Shown: positions 48,774-63,733, counted from the first letter of the stretch. The stretch is 64,000 bases of DNA from Peribolospora baueri (GCA_029717555.1 JAMDHS010000021.1:62001-126000); one strand, 5' to 3'. Notes: generated from the sequence alone by a model not told the origin. A program made the numbers and translations.

Positions 48774-49334
48774 GGCGAGGTAGTTAGAGTAAATATACGG
48801 CGGGTGCAGGGGGTAGGAGACGAGAGCGGTGTGTGTACAGTTGGCGGTGAGCCGTCGTGGGATGGACGTTGACCTTCTATTTATGCGGTCGCCGTTCGCC
48901 TCGATGGGTTCTCCGTTCATCGTCCATCTCGCGTTCGTTCAACAACCTCCGTCCATCTGTTTCGGCACGCACGCGCGTCTTATAGCACCGTCATACAGTC
49001 GTCGTCGCTTGTCTCACTCGCTCGCGGTCGCCGTCCGTCTCGTCCTACTTGCGGACACGGCGCGGCTTGCTCTTCTCCCTCCTTCCTGCCCCATCCGTCG
49101 TCCGACATTCACCGGCAGTATACGCGGGGGTTTTTGAGACATTCATCGTCGACGTCCATCACTTTCAAACCCGTTCTTCTTCTACGACCGCACGCGCATT
49201 TCCTCCTTCTTCCATACCCGCCTTCAGGCGCGGGTTTGCCGCCTTCGTTGGCTCGTCGAGGTAATGCAATGAACCGGGTTATATAAAGGTCGGGACCGAC
49301 AACATTAATTCCAATCGAGTTTGCACCACCACTC

Positions 49335-52248
49335 TCACCCAAACGGCCGCTGGTTCCCCGCCTTCTCAGCGTCCTCGAACGAAGGGAAGATGGTACGCCC
49401 GTTGATCATGGACGTTGTGGCGACGAGGAAGCGCCTCCCTTTCGTCTGTGTGCTCATGAACCGCAGGGCGGCCACCTCGGTGTAGGTGCATCCGCCCAGG
49501 AAGAAAATGAGCGTCGTCGTCGTTCGCTCTTGCGGCATGCCTGCCGGACGACAGACGACAAAGAATGAGTGTGGCTCTTCCATGCCTGTCTTACCGCAAA
49601 CAATTTGACCATACTCACGTTTGGAGTTGGCCACCTCCACCTTCTGAACCTCATCAAATGTCGCGCCGGGCAAGCCGCGAACCACGTCCTCAAAGCCCCT
49701 CCAACCGACGATAGGATGCGCCATCGGTCGCCCATCTCCTCTCGCCTTAGGTCCCTCCTCTCCCGCCGACCCGCTGCCCACTAACGCCTCTTTCTGAGCG
49801 ACAGCTTGCACGAGCCTGATGCTCAGGGGCGCGTAGCCGGAATAGACATATGCGATGTCCGTAGGTTCTCGCTCATCCACCTCGTCGTTGATCAGACGCA
49901 GGGGACGTCGCACGGAAGAGAAGGGGGACCGAGTCAGCGTGGTCGGCGTGAGGAGGTTGAGACGTGACAGCGCGAGAAGAAGGGGGATGTGTCCATAACC
50001 GTATGTCTGCACGATACCAAGCGTAGAGAAGAGCAAGTCAGCCAATGGTCACGAGGCTTTCCGTCGAAGCTTACGACATGCCAACACGCGCCTGAAGTAG
50101 CTCCCGTTTCATGAAGTCGAGGTCCTTCGGTTTCAAGCCGCCGTTCACGACGCTGTAGAGGCACAGCAACCTGAGCACGACATTGAGCGGGGCCTCCTGG
50201 GTCACCAACTCTTCGATCGTTGTCAGTTGCTTTGAGACATCCACACCGGCCACCAGATCTGTGCATCATACCGGGGGGGGGGGGGGACCCGATGTCAACG
50301 CTCGTTGAAAGTCAGACGAACATGTAGCAAGCCGCCCGAGTTGCTCACTTTGCTGTATCTCGAGCGCCTTGTTGAATTCGTCGGTATTCGTCAAGGCCAT
50401 GATCTGCTCGGTCAAATTCGTGTCTGCTCGGACGAGGAGATTCGAATTATAGCTCAATCTCCATACGATATATCGACGGGCCAATGGCGCCTCTCACTCA
50501 CGCAAACGAAGGCCCTGGTGTTCGCCTTGCAAAACGCCTAACCGACCTACGAATTCTCTGATCTGCTGCACTGTCTGCGCTTGATGCCGTCCCTCATAGT
50601 CTTGGTTGATTCGCACGGCCACCTTGTGCAGTCGCTCACCCACGACCGCAAAGTTTCGGTCGCGAATGTCGCTGAGCACCGTATCAGTTCGTGCGTCGAG
50701 GCGGTGCTTTTTCTTCTTGGGCCCGGATGAGGAGCTGGTGGCGGAGGAGGAACGCTGCGGGGAGGACAGGAGGGCGGAATCGACCTCGAGGTGGGCTGGG
50801 AGGCAGAGACGGACGTAAGAAGATTTGCGACAGGAGGTGACGAGGTGCAACCAAGGGCTCACAATTTCGAATCCCCATGACTTCATCCAGTAAACCCTGA
50901 TACGTCAACTGCGTACACAGAGGAGTGACCAAATCAACGCTTCGGTCAATGATTATGCAGCTGTCGATGGTCGTCGAATGGGCCGTTAACGCCGGGTTTG
51001 ACGGATCCGAAACCAAAGCTTGCTTTCTTTGTCGTAGGAGCAGATCACATAGACGTTTGGCAAGATCCCCTTTTCCAACGATGCGTGGGAAGAGGCCGTA
51101 CGCCTGTTGTACCGTCATTAGGGCTTGGGCCGCATAGAAGACGGGGGTATGGTCACCATCCTGAAAAATGGCAAAGAAACGCGGAAGAAGATGTTCAGAT
51201 TGGACGCCCTGAGCATTCCACAAGCAGTCGAGCTCGTCACAAGCGGCGAGCGGCTCACCAAAAAGCACTCTCTCCAAGCGTCCTCCCTTTCCAGACTGAG
51301 AAGATCATCCTCGAGAGGAATAAACTCGAGCCCGTAGCTTCCAAGTGTGACGTTGCCCAGCACGCCCTCTTCCTCGAGAATACGCGTGCAGAGGGTCGTC
51401 ACTCGAGGAACGAGGAACAGATTGTATGCGTAGGTGGAGCCGGAAGCTCGATGAGACTTGATCTGCTCTGTCAAGACATAAGCATCCTTATAATCAGCGC
51501 ACTGGATGCATCTCTCAACGGGGCCCCAATAACAAGGCTACAGCCAGCGTCGCCCGAGCAAGGATCCTTTCGTCCCACGGAAAAAAAGGGCAGAAGAAAA
51601 ACCAAAAATAAAAGGAAAAGACAAGTAACGAGAGGAAAGAAAATGACACAAGAAGAACAAGCTTGACAGTCCGCCCGCTCACTCACCGGCCACGACCTTC
51701 ATCCATCGGATCTCGGGACGACAAAGGTAGACGACACTCCGAGTGGGCGAGGACATGGGACCTGTCTCCAGCCAGAACATCTTCTCCACGCCATGGTGCT
51801 GCGCGTTCGTTCAATCAAATGTTCCAAAATGTAAGTAAGGGCAGGCCGGAATTAGAATAAAGAATACATGGCGAGCGCCGAACCACGAGTTTGGATCGAC
51901 TTGGAAGCCGCCCGGCCCAGCATCGTTCGGAAGACGGGTACGTATGCTTACGTACCTTGAGCAGCGAGACATCGGTAATTAGACCCAGCGGACCAGCGAG
52001 CGAGGGATCGAGGACGAGCGTCTTGGCCTCCGGCACCTACACGAAGACGTCGCGAAAGGAAGGAAGACCCACGAGGTCAGGCGCGAAGCTCGCTTCGACA
52101 TTTGCCGTCTCTTCTCGTTCCGAACGTCCGCCTCCATTCCCCGGTGGGGAGGAGCCGCGCGAGTGATCCAAAGACGTACCGAGTCCAAGGCGTCCAAAAG
52201 CCCTTGCTTCGCAATTTCCTTCAGCAAGCCCGTGTCGATCTCAGGCAT
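49335..52248 (-). CDS. VPS33: Sec1/Munc18-family vacuolar sorting protein Vps33, multi-exon
   Basis: KTLVLDPSLAGPLGL; FIPLEDDLLSLE; IIIDRSVDLVTPLCTQLTYQGLLDE; IRDRNFAVVG; DIAYVYSGYAPLSIRLVQ; FFLGGCTYTEVAALRF. Confidence 0.96.
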
Positions 52249-52541
52249 GGCGGGTAGATGATGGTAACCGTCATGAGGCGACCAGAGTGCAGGCACATAC
52301 ATACATTCACGCCGAGGCCACTAACGTCACGTGACACAATAGCCCGCGAGTTGAAGTATTATAACTGTTCTCTCAGCCGATCGCCGCTCGTCGTTTCCGC
52401 AGTTCACGATCATGATTGCTGGAAAGGATGAACTAGTCTACAAAGACGGAATCACGTCGGTGTGGGGCATCTCCGCGTTTGCATGACAATATCTGCCCAC
52501 GATGCAACGCAGAGACGAGGCGTAACCAAAAGGGAGAGACA

Positions 52542-55500
52542 TCACTTTTTCTTCTTATTACTACGGCCGCCAGTCGACCCTGGCGTCGATGCGCGCGAAG
52601 TGCCCGTACTCTCCTTGACCTCGTCGATGGGGCGTTTCTGCCGAAGTCGATCATCGAGCGAACCGGGAGATGAGCGAGCGTCTAGTGGGTTATAACTCAA
52701 CTTCGCCCCTTGCCAGCTCACCTTTTGCGTCTTCTTAATCGGCGCGGCTGCGCTGCCGCCCTTCTTCTTGGTGTCCACGTCCTCTTCCTCATCGTCGCCG
52801 CCACCTTCAGCTTCCTTGGTGACGAGTAAGACGAGGGTGTGACATCTCCGGGCGATCTCCTGAGGCGTCCGGCTCTTGATGAACCAGTCGAACCGAAAGG
52901 CGGGCCACTCGAGCACACTCTTCTTGATCGTCTCATAGACGTCGTCGGCTCCCAGGCCGTACTTGGACAGCTGGACGATCAGGAACCGGTCCTCCTCCTC
53001 CGTGTAGCTCTTGCCCTTGGCCTGATTGTATTGGATCTTCATCTGCTGCAGAGGGTACTTGTAGGATGCCACCTTTGCCCGCAAAAGTTGTTCCGCGTGC
53101 CTTTGCTTCTTCAGCTTGGCTTCGCCTTCATCTATCCGAGTCAGAATCCTCTCGTGATCTAGAGACGTAGAACGCGGTTCGGGTTCCGTCAGATTGTGCA
53201 CCTAGACCGCTTTGCGACCTGGGCAGGAAAAACCTCACCGGCAATCTCCAGATAGCGATCCCAGAAAACGGAAGCATATCGTTTGACGTCGGCCACCGTC
53301 TTGCCGTCAATCTCAGCAGCAATGCCTTCGAAGTTTTTCCTGTGATTTTCAACCAACGCGAGCCAAGAGGTGTGAACGGGAGCACCGTCCACCACCAAGA
53401 CATGATGATCGCCGCATGCTCACCTGCCATACTTCTCGCAGCCCTTGACAAACTGTTGAAACTCTCGCTTGGACCAATCACCAAAGCCCTCCTGTTCGAG
53501 TTCCTCCTTCTCCGCTTGCTCTTCCTCCGTCAGCGGCTCCGCATTGTCAATGATGGCCTGTTCCCGCACACGCTCCTCTTCCACTTGCTCTTCCGTCTCG
53601 TCCTCCTTCGGTGCTCGCAAAGGCACCTGGAAGGCCTGGGCGCGTCGGAAGGCGGCCGTTTCCCGCTCCTGCAGCTCAATAAGCCGACGAGGATAAAACT
53701 GGAAGTCTTGCCTGATGATCGGATCGTCCAAGCAAAGCAAGTAAAACTGACGTCAGCAGCAGACAGGTGGCTGACCACATGTGAAGGGGAGCGCGCTCAC
53801 GTGTTAATCTGCTTCGGAGGGCGCGGAGCTTTCGGAACTGCCGGCTTGCTCGGCCCGCCCTTCATCGCCTCACGGTAGTAGCTGTCGACAGAGTAGTTCT
53901 GCTTGCGCTCTCGCTTTGCGAGTTCGATCCATGGCATACCGCCGATCATCCTCTTCTGCCCTCCGCCATACTGCACTCCTTCCCACTCGCCAATCGTCTC
54001 CGACTTGAAGTTGTTCAGATCGTCCAGGTTCAGGCCCTCATACTTCTCCTTGAGTTGAGCGGTGCGTTCCTCTCCGCGCCGGATGATGTCTTCGATGTCC
54101 AAGTTCATCGTGACGCTGAGGTCGGAAGCCAAAGGGATACGGACACGGACGTTAGACTGGACTTTCGTCTAGCCTCGAACACAGCGACGACTCACTCGTC
54201 GATCTTGTTGTTGATAATTTTCTCCGCACCGTGCTGGATCATGTCGACAAGCTCATCCTTGGACGCGCCTTTCAAAGGATGAGAAATGTATCGTGAACAT
54301 CCGAACAAACGCGACCGTACCATACATCCACAACCCCTTACCTTTCTGCGCCTGCTGTTGCGCTCGACCTTGCTGGATGACGAGTTGATCGAGTCGCAGC
54401 TTCTGCGCAGCGCGGTCCAGAATGCGCTCCTCCACGGCGTTCTCGGTGACGAAGCGGAAGACGTACACCTGCTTCTTTTGACCGATGCGATGCGCCCGGT
54501 CCATGGCCTGAAGGTCCGCTTGCGGGTTCCAATCCGAGTCGAACAGGACAACGATGTCTGCCGTCGTCAGGTTAATACCCAGACCGCCGGCGCGAGTGGT
54601 CAAAAGAAAGATAAACTTGTCACTGTCGGGCGCATTGTAATCGTCGATCGAGGCGATTCGGTCTTCGTGGGCCGTGCTTCCGTCTATCCTGTTATACCCT
54701 GTCGAACGAGCGCAGGACAAACAGGAGGGAGAGAAGTGCATGCGACATGGTAAGCCGAAAACCAAACTAACGGCCACTTTGACGGCTTTGCAAGACACAG
54801 CCGTCCTAATTACTCACTGTACCCTCGGAACATGCAATAGTCTTCCAGGATGTCCAGTACGCGGCTCATCTGCGAAAAGATGAGGACCCTCGAGCCCTTC
54901 TCCTTCATATTCTTGAGAAGTTTGTCGAGGATGACCATCTTGCCAGAGTTGTTGATCAGGTGTACGTCAGTCGTGTACGGAGGACCAGGCTCGGCGCCGT
55001 CGAACAGGTAGGGGTGGTTGCAGCATTTTCGCAGTTGCATGACGATGTTGAGAAGTCGGGTCTTGCCCTCTTTCTTGCCACCGGCTCCGTTGACGGCGTC
55101 GATGTCCTTTTCGATGATCATCCTAAAGTCACCGAGGCGCAAATTAGTGGCGGTGGGCGATGGACCGACAAGGGGACTGAGAAATCGACTCACCTGTACC
55201 ATTTCTTCTGCATCTCCGTCAAACCGACGAAAACGTTGATTTCTTTTTCTGAAAACGGTACAAGCGGTTAAGGCGTCAGCTCCAGGTGGAGGCGATCCAC
55301 TACTCGTCACGATCCGACTTTGAGAAAACCGCAAGAAGACCCACTCGGCAACAGGCTCTTCTCTACGTCCGCTTTGACACGACGGAGTAAGAACGGCCTC
55401 AGGACCTTGTGCAGTTGCTTGACAACCATGTCCTGGTCCTCGTTGCCGTGCTTTTGGAACCAGCTGTCAAAGTCTTCCGAGCTCGAAAAGACATCAGGCT

Positions 55501-57592
55501 GGTTCAAAGTCAAAGAAAGGAGCGAATGTAGAGAACACAGATAGATATGCGCGCGTGAGTTCCGGTGAAATTCCAAAGAAAAAAAGGGCATAAACGGCCG
55601 GAATTCGCGTTCTCCCACAGACGAAGACGCACCAGCAAAAAGTTAAGCAAGCTCCACAACTCGGTCAAATTGTTCTGCAGCGGAGTGCCGGTGATGAGGA
55701 GCCGGGCGCGCGAGTTGAAGACGCGCACGATCTGGGAGAGCATCGAGTCGACGTTCTTGATGCGGTGCGCCTCGTCGATAATAATGTACTCCCAGCTGAA
55801 CTTTTTCAGGTGCGACTTTTCGCGGAGACACATCTCGTAGGACGTGACCAAAACTTCAAACTGGTGGGAGAGGACCGACTGTTGAATGATGTGAGCCTAA
55901 ATTATCAGACGGTCGTTGTCGGATGACCCAGGAGGAGAAAAAATAGTTAGCGTGCAAAATCGACGAGCGCCGATCCCCGATCCCTCAAGATGACTAACTC
56001 TCTCTTCCTTGGTGCCCTGCAAGACGACCACACTGAAACTGGGCACCCATTTATGGAACTCGCGGTACCAATTGTCCAACGTGGACTTGGGGACAACCAC
56101 GAGATGAGGACCGTAGATGTCGCGATGGTGCTTCAGATAGCCTAGGAAAGAGATCGTCTGCAAGGTCTTACCAAGACCCTGCGGTTCGACGACGACGACA
56201 ATGGGGTGGTCGGCTTCAGCGATACGGCGGAAGGCTGACGAGCGCATCTTCGAAGCTCACCATCTCGTCGGCGAGGATGCCATTGATACCGTTATGATGC
56301 AGTGATACCATCCAGTTCAGACCCTGGACCTGATAGTCGCGCATCTGACCGCCCTTGACGTCTACATGAGGAGCAACATCGAGTTAGGCCGGATCGACTG
56401 ACAACTGAGAAGCATGGCGGAAAAGCTGGACTTACATCCCGGTGATTCGGTGAACACATGAGGCTCGTCTTCCTCTTCTTCTTCCTTGAGTAGCTCTTCA
56501 TCTTCCTCCTTTTCGCTCTTTCGACGCCTGTTGCCTTCGTCCCTGTGGTCACACCACCGCCAAAAAAATCCCGAATGTTAGGAAACGGCAAGAAAAAGCG
56601 GAGGCAAATTTCATCTCAAAGATCAAGATTGGAATTTCGTCAACACACCCGCCGGCCCTCTTTTTTCCCTTCTTGGCCTTCTGCTTCTCCTCCGATTCTG
56701 CAAGCAGCCTTGCGAATTCAGGGTCTCGGTTCTTCTTAATGTCCACGAAATGCTGGAAGAGCTCTGTTTGGCCAAGGAGGTACGAGAAGCGCTTCATGGA
56801 GTCCGCGAGCTACATGGGGAAAGCCGAGATGGGACGAAAAAGTCAGAAACAAGTTGCAAGGGCGAGGGAGCTTGCTGCGCAAAGGTCGGTCAGCAGGAAG
56901 AAGGAGCGAGATGCCCACCTTGGCTTTATCCATCTCCTTCCGCTTCGTCTCGAAGCCCTTCTTCTGCTCCGCCTGTTGAGCGGCGCGAATGGACCTCTTG
57001 GATGGAGACTGAGACGACGAGGTGTTGAAGGAGTGACGAAAGTCAGCCTCGTGGAACGCGAGATAGTGGCAAGTTTTCGTCTGGCCCTTCCTCAGAACCG
57101 TCCAAGACGGGCCTTTCCACGCTCGTCTCCTCCTTTCCAACCCGTCGCCATCGTCGTCAACGCGACTAGGGGAACTCACCTCATGCGCGTCGTCCATCTC
57201 ACCGTCCTCCCCGTGCCCTTCATCCTCGCTCTCCTCCCTGCCACTACCTACCGGGCTGCCGCCCTGGGGCGTCGGCGCGGCGCTAGTCCCCGCGGCAGAC
57301 ACGGACACGCTCACTGCGCGGGAAATGTCGTTGCTGTCCGGGACGTAATCGGAGAGTTTGTCGACGTCCATCGCGCTTCCATTCGCGTTGGCGTTGGCGG
57401 AGGAGGGTTTGGAAGCTGAGAGGAGGGCGGAGACGGGGCCTGAAGGCGCCGGAGGATCTGTGGGTGACTGTTTGTTACGGACGGAGGGGAGACGTGGGCA
57501 AGCGCGATGTGGCGGCGGAAAGGAGGTGCGTGAGCGTGAGGGAGAAGCGAGATGGCCTGAGCGGCGATCGACGATAGGCAACTCACCACCAT
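52542..57592 (-). CDS. ISW2: ISWI-family SNF2 chromatin remodeling ATPase (Isw1/Isw2), multi-exon
   Basis: [122 protein letters not shown]-terminus [11 protein letters not shown]. The 5' micro-exon (MV) is inferred; ISW1 vs ISW2 is not resolved. Confidence 0.95.
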
Positions 57593-58339
57593 GCCGGCGG
57601 TCGTCCGAGGGCGGATGGCGAAGTGGAGTTTGAGAGTCAAGGACGAGGTCGAGGCCGACGTTGGCGGCGCCCGAGGACGGATGCGAGATGGCGAACGCGG
57701 GCCAAGTCGAGTCCGGACGAGTTGGTCGATCTCGCCTCGTCTTCTCTTTCTGTAAGGCCTCCTGTCTGTCTGTCTGTTGTCTGTTCACGCGTCGAGCGTT
57801 CTTCGCGCCGCGGAAATGGACGGGTCAAAGCGGGCGAAGGGCGAGGGAGGGGGATGACGGCGGCAGCGGTGCGAGGCCGAGGCGGGTTGGATGTGGTAGT
57901 GAGAGGGAAGAGGAGGGAAGAAGCGGGTGGCGAGACTATTGGCGTGGTGGGATGGAGGTGAGCGTCGAGGACGATGGATGCAAGCAGGAAAACCCAAACA
58001 CGATCCCGCCCGGCCCAGCCAGCGCGCGTCGAGCCCACTCCCTCCGCCAACGTCGTCGCCTTGGCCCGGGCAGCGGCAGCGAACGGAGGTCAGACGGACG
58101 GACGGATCGGCGAGCGTGGTCAAGGCGTGCGAATTTTTTCCAGCCTCGGTCCATCATGCCACCTATCTATGTACATCATCGACGACCTCGCAGCTGCTCT
58201 CAAACATACACTTCCAAAGTATCTTTCGCCCAGACTCGAATCTACCGTCCGCCGCCGAGCGACGCCGGAGAAAAAAAGGCATATTGCTTGGCGTCACGTC
58301 TCTAGCAAGCAGTGTGTGCCCCTCTCTCTTCGCCGTGTC

Positions 58340-60576
58340 TCATCGCTTCTCTTGCCACTTCGGCGGCACTCGGTGTCGAGCCTGACCATCCCCTCCCGCG
58401 CCCAATCCAGCGCTCTGCGGACCGAGGCCGAGCGTGCCGGACGGGCCGGCAGAGTCCTCGATGCCCTCGGCCGCCGAATTGTACGGCGGAGGCGGGCCTT
58501 GACGTCCGCTGTTCGAGACGCTCGGTGACACACCCGCAGAAATGGACGCTCCTGTCGGTGCCGACGATGAAGGCATCATACCGCCCGGGATGGCGAAGCC
58601 TGGCTCCGGTTGCTCCGCGAATGGCAGCTTGCCAGCTTGTGATGAGGTCGGAGACGAGGGTCGGAACGGGTTCGAGTAGCTGTAAGGCATCCGAGAGGAA
58701 TGAGAATTGAAATCGACAGACTCAGCAGACCGTGGACGGAAGCCGGGCCCGACGGAGAAGGGGCAAAGTGGTGGCCGACGTACCTATAAGTCTCGGAAGG
58801 GGGGAGCGGCTTGACCTGACCCGCTCGGAATCGAGCCTGACGCTTCTCCAAGTCTATGGATCGCCAACAAACAAGGAGTGCATTTCATGATAAGCGAGAT
58901 GAACCAAACAAGCTAAACGCAAATAGCTCGACCGTCTCCACTCGAGTTCTCACCGTGAGCCCACATCGCCGCTCCAATGCGGTTGGAGATGGAGAACACA
59001 ATGCCAACGATGGGAATGTGTTCCAGAAGAGCTGCCACGAATCCGAAGGCTGTTCCAAAGTACGTTCGTTTCAGTCAGCACTTCCGACTTCCTGGGGCCA
59101 TTCCCTACCCTCGTTTCCAGCTCACCTCGGTAGGGCCATTGCCGCTCGGTGATGAACAGCTCGACCTGCTGCGGGCTACAAAGGGCAGCCAGTGATAGCG
59201 ATCAGCACCCTTGGTCGCATCCGACTTTGGTAAGCACACCGGCACTCACGTCATGCCTTTGGCGGCGAAGTACTGGCAAAACGTGGGCGCAAAGGTCAAT
59301 GAAATGAGCCGTCTACGCAGGGTTGACTCTGGCACTATGTCTCATACTCACAGGCTGATGGAGCACCCTGGCCATCGTCAGGGACCGCAGGGCGGCAGAG
59401 ACGGTGAGACCGAGGAAAGGGACAAAATCCAACGGCAGGAGAAGGACTGATGGCAGGCAGTAAGCGGGGAAAGGACGAGAGCAGGTGAATGAGCATGGCT
59501 CTCGTCCATCACGTCTAGTTGTGGTGCAAGCAAAGAAGCTGTGGCTCTCGTCTGTCGCGAGGAAACGCGCTCACCTTTAAGCAGGAAAATCCGAACGAGA
59601 GGATTGGCGAGTTTGAGATAAAAGTTTGCCTTTTCGGAGTTCTTGATCGCTTTTGCTGTCGGTGGCTGCGCCCATTCCTCTTTAGAAGGACAGAATAAAC
59701 ATCAGAGACAGACAGGCGAAGAGAGAGCCTATCCGATGAAGATGACTGACCGGCGTATGGGCCCCAGAACTCCCTCTCTTTGCCCCTGCTCTTCACAGTC
59801 TCTTCATAAGCCTTCTTCCTGGCCGCTCTGAGCGCCTTGTTCATCCAAAGCTCGATGATAGTAGAGCATTGTCCTAGGATAAAGATGAACGCGGCGAGCG
59901 TGGTGAGAGAGGGCAACGGCAGGCGGATGGACGTGGCGGACTGCAGGCTGGCGGCTTCGTTCGTCAGCTTGCCATATAAGCCGGCGAAGCCTGTCACCGA
60001 GGCGGCTGGAGCACGTTGGGACGACGGAGTTGGGCGAAGAGAACAAGAGAGAGAGTATGGGTCAAACGCTCGGTCGGTGATGTGGTCCAGCCGGATGGCG
60101 ACGAGGCGAAGAGAGAAAGGTCAGGCCCCGCACCCCCTTTCATGAAGTAGCGCACGAAGCGCTTCTGGATCGGCCAGGTGATCAGGCCCTGCAAGTGGGA
60201 CAAACGGAAAGAAACGGCTTTATCATTTGTTTTTGACTTGGCAGGAGACGCTGGCCAACACCCACCCAAGCAGCAGCAACAACGGCGCTCTTCTGGGCCG
60301 CTCTTCTGCAGTTTTCCCTGTCGAAACCGCACGGCGTCGCATGAGCCGCGCGTGCCCACCAGTTAAGCCGTCCCAATCCCACGGAAACCGTGGAAAAGAT
60401 GTGGGACGCACCAGAGCGGCTGCCACAGCTTCTTGTCGCTCAACAGCCTGTAGGCGCCCACTAGTTCATTCGGCCAGAGAGTAAGCGTCGTCCGCGGCGC
60501 TCATCCGTCCACGTCGCTGCGCTCGTTGCTCACCAACGCAGTAAGACGTGGGGAAGTGGAGCAGCTCTTGAGGCAT
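58340..60576 (-). CDS. EI24/Rrt8/Lds-like multi-pass membrane protein, multi-exon
   Basis: MPQELLHFPTSYCV-VGAYRLLSDKKLWQPLW; ARKKAYEETVKSRGKEREFWGPY-EEW; YFAAKGMT; FGFVAALLEHIPIVGIVFSISNRIGAAMWAH-DLEKRQ. Family assigned by recall of the motif pattern. Confidence 0.7.
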
Positions 60577-60808
60577 CTCGGAGATCTCTCAATTGACGGT
60601 GTTGGTGGGAGAGCGAGAGCCAGTTGTCCGGCCAGGCGGGCCATGTCGAGCTCGCCCTCTCGCCGGCCATGTTTGAAGTCGCCTCCGCTTCTGGGCAGGC
60701 ACGCGCGATCGGGCAGCTGCGGCGATGGGTCAGACGTGAGACCCGGCTACTCAGCTCACCGGCACGTCATCCTTCTCTTCCTCGCGGACAAGACACATCC
60801 AGACGGCA

Positions 60809-63131
60809 ATGGCAGCAGCGGCAGGAGTAGCGGCCAACGGCTCGGCGCCGCACCTAGACGGCAACGGCGACGCCAACATGAGTGCGCCAGCGGGCTCGAG
60901 TGCGAGTGCGCGGGGCTGGAAGGGGAGGTGGAGGCACGTCGATACCGTGCTCGAGCGGCCAGGTCGTGAGTTGTAGCTTGTTCTGCGTCCCAAGCGTGGC
61001 CGTCTTTCGCGGTCGAGTCGGAGAGGCAAGGATCGAAAAACGACATCCCTGCCTCCTTCTTGCTTGCTACCAAGGAGTGGCGTAGTAGCAGCAGCAGACT
61101 CATTCGCCTTGGCCTTGCATGCGCGTTGCCCATCATGGACCAGCTTACACCGACGAGTCGTTCTCCCCCGGAGACCGTGTAAGCACTTCATTCCTTTGGT
61201 CCGCCAACCCTGCGACTCTCCTTTCTGGGCCCGTCTCTGACCTTTCGCCGCTGTCATCCCTTTGCTGGCAGACAAAGTCCTTCCTCCGCAACGACACTCG
61301 CGTGCTCGTCATTGGTGCTGGGGGTCTAGGCTGCGAGATCCTCGCAAACCTCGCTTTGAGCGGGTTTCGGAACATTGACGTCATTGACATGGACACCATC
61401 GATGTCAGCAACCTCAACCGACAATTCCTGTTCAGGTGAGCCTGATTCCGTGCTATCGTGCGAATAAGTCATCGCGGACGGGAGGAGGGCTATGGTTGAC
61501 GGAGAAAAAGACAGCAAAGGGCAAGGATTTCTTCTCCGGATTGTATCGCTGCTCTCATGGAAGGGATCGGCGTTCGTGTCGATCTATTGGCTGTTACGGT
61601 ACGAAAAATGGGCGCGACTTCTTTGTCCCTCTGATCACCCTCAGGCCTAAAGACGTAGGACGACCAAAAGCCATTGTCGCGGCCGAGTTCATCCAGAAAC
61701 GAGTGAAAGGCACCAATGTGACCCCGTACGTTTGTTCCGCTCTGGTTCGATATTTGAACGAACGCACAGATGGCCTGATCCGCTCCGTCGTGCTCGGTGC
61801 CTCTACGATTTCAAGTCACCACTGTAGGATACAGGACAAAGACGACTACTTCTATCTTCAATTTCATATCATCATCTGCGGTCTTGATAGTGTCGAAGCT
61901 CGTCGTTGGATCAACGCCACCCTTGTCAACCTCGTAGAACCAGGGGATCCGGAGACTATCAAGCCTCTGATTGACGGCGGCACGGAAGGTGAGTCTTGTC
62001 TTATCGAGCGTGGGATGGCGTCGCGGACCTTGGCTCCCGTCCTGGCAACCGTGGCTTATCACAGCGTTTCGATACACCACCAGGCTTCAAAGGTCAAGCC
62101 CGCGTCATCCTCCCTACCGTGAACTCTTGTTATGAGTGCTCTCTCGACATGCTCAACAAGCCGACTACCTACCCGATCTGTACTATCGCCAACACTCCTC
62201 GACTGCCAGAGCACTGCATCGAGTGGGCGAGCGTGCTCGAGTGGCCAAGAGTTTTCAAGGGTGGGTGGACACATACGCGGTCTTTCTGTTAGAATCCCCG
62301 CCATGTTCCCCGTCTCATCGCTATCTTTGAACGGTGCGCTTTCGCTTTCTCCTGGTCGACCGACAGATAAGAAGATGGACACGGACGACCCGGACGACAT
62401 CCAGTGGATTTACGACACTGCCCTCGCCCGGGCGAAGGAGTTCAATATCTCCGGCGTCACCTGGCCGCTCACACAGGGAGTGGTTAAGAACATCATCCCT
62501 GCCATAGCTAGCACGAACGCCATCATCGCTGGTTAGTATCGTTTCCGCATGCCGTCTCTCCAGGTACAATTTGACTGACGGGAACGTTGGATCCATTTGT
62601 TGTCCGCCGATTGCAGCCGCGTGCACGAACGAAGCCTTTAAACTAGCAACCAGTTCGGGGCCTTACGTGGACAATTACATGATGTACATCGGCAACGAAG
62701 GGGTCTACACCTATACCTTCCATCACGAGAAGCGGCCTGACTGTCCAGTCTGCGGCGGAGAGTGCATTGACGTGGAGGTGGGGAAGGAGTGGACGCTGGA
62801 GAGGCTCATGGAGTGGTTGTTGGAGAGGCCGGATTTGTGAGTGGCCTCGCATCACATCACGCCGCGCTCGCCTATACTAGAGTAGATCGTCGTTAACGCC
62901 TTCTCTTCTCCCTCATTTGCTTCGTCCCAAAGCCAAATCAAACGACCCTCCCTCTCCAACGGCGCCAAGCCACTCTACCTCCAGGCGCCACCGCAGCTCG
63001 AAAAGGCAACGCGGTCGAACCTGGAAAAGCCCCTCTCGGAGCTGGCAGAGGAGGGAGACGAGATCTCCGTCACCGACGCCAACCTTCCGTTCACCCTCAG
63101 CCTGCGCATCAAATTTGGGGGAGAGGCGTGA
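60809..63131 (+). CDS. UBA3: NEDD8-activating enzyme E1 catalytic subunit, multi-exon
   Basis: [60 protein letters not shown]; catalytic [39 protein letters not shown]. Confidence 0.97.
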
Positions 63132-63660
63132 GGGCGGGCCGGGTTGGACTGGGACTGGCCTCGAGGGATGTACGATAGCGGAAGTCAGAAAGCGCACGCT
63201 ATGGGCTGCGCACGCTATGGGCCTGTAGAACTTCCCCGCTCGGAGTTGCCTCTGTGTGAAGAGAGGGAAAGCCGAGGATACGTTGTACAATGCGACCTCT
63301 GTGGGCACCCTACAGTCCGGTGTGAAGGACGCGGCCGTTGTTAAGGAGGGCAACTGATCAGCGATGTGGCGCGCTCTTACCCGTCTGATTCATTCCCCTC
63401 CCGTAGATGTCTGGTTTTCTAGTCTCTTGTTGGCTCCTGGGCTGCTGCACGACCATTCCGTGGACAGACGGCGGAATGCCTTAGAGAACGTCCCAAATGT
63501 GGTAGGGCAATTTGCCCCCTCAGACGAGTCAGCTCATTTGTTTGGTGACGGGCGTATTCCTAAGCGGTGTGCGATCGGTCTGCTGATCTGACCGTTTATA
63601 TACGTTTATTTGGGCGGATTCTTTGCATAAAGTCCGGCCGTTCTGGTCGAAAAGCAACCT

Positions 63661-63732
63661 GTGGTCATCGATTAGTGGTGAGATCGTTTCGTTGTGGCCG
63701 AAGAGACCTGGGTTCGATTCCCAGTGACCACA
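63661..63732 (+). tRNA. tRNA-His (anticodon GTG), intronless
   Basis: Acceptor stem GTGGTCA/TGACCAC; D-loop AGTGG; anticodon arm TTTCG-TTGTGGC-CGAAG; T-arm CTGGG-TTCGATT-CCCAG; followed by a T6 Pol III terminator. Confidence 0.95.
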
Positions 63733-63733
63733 C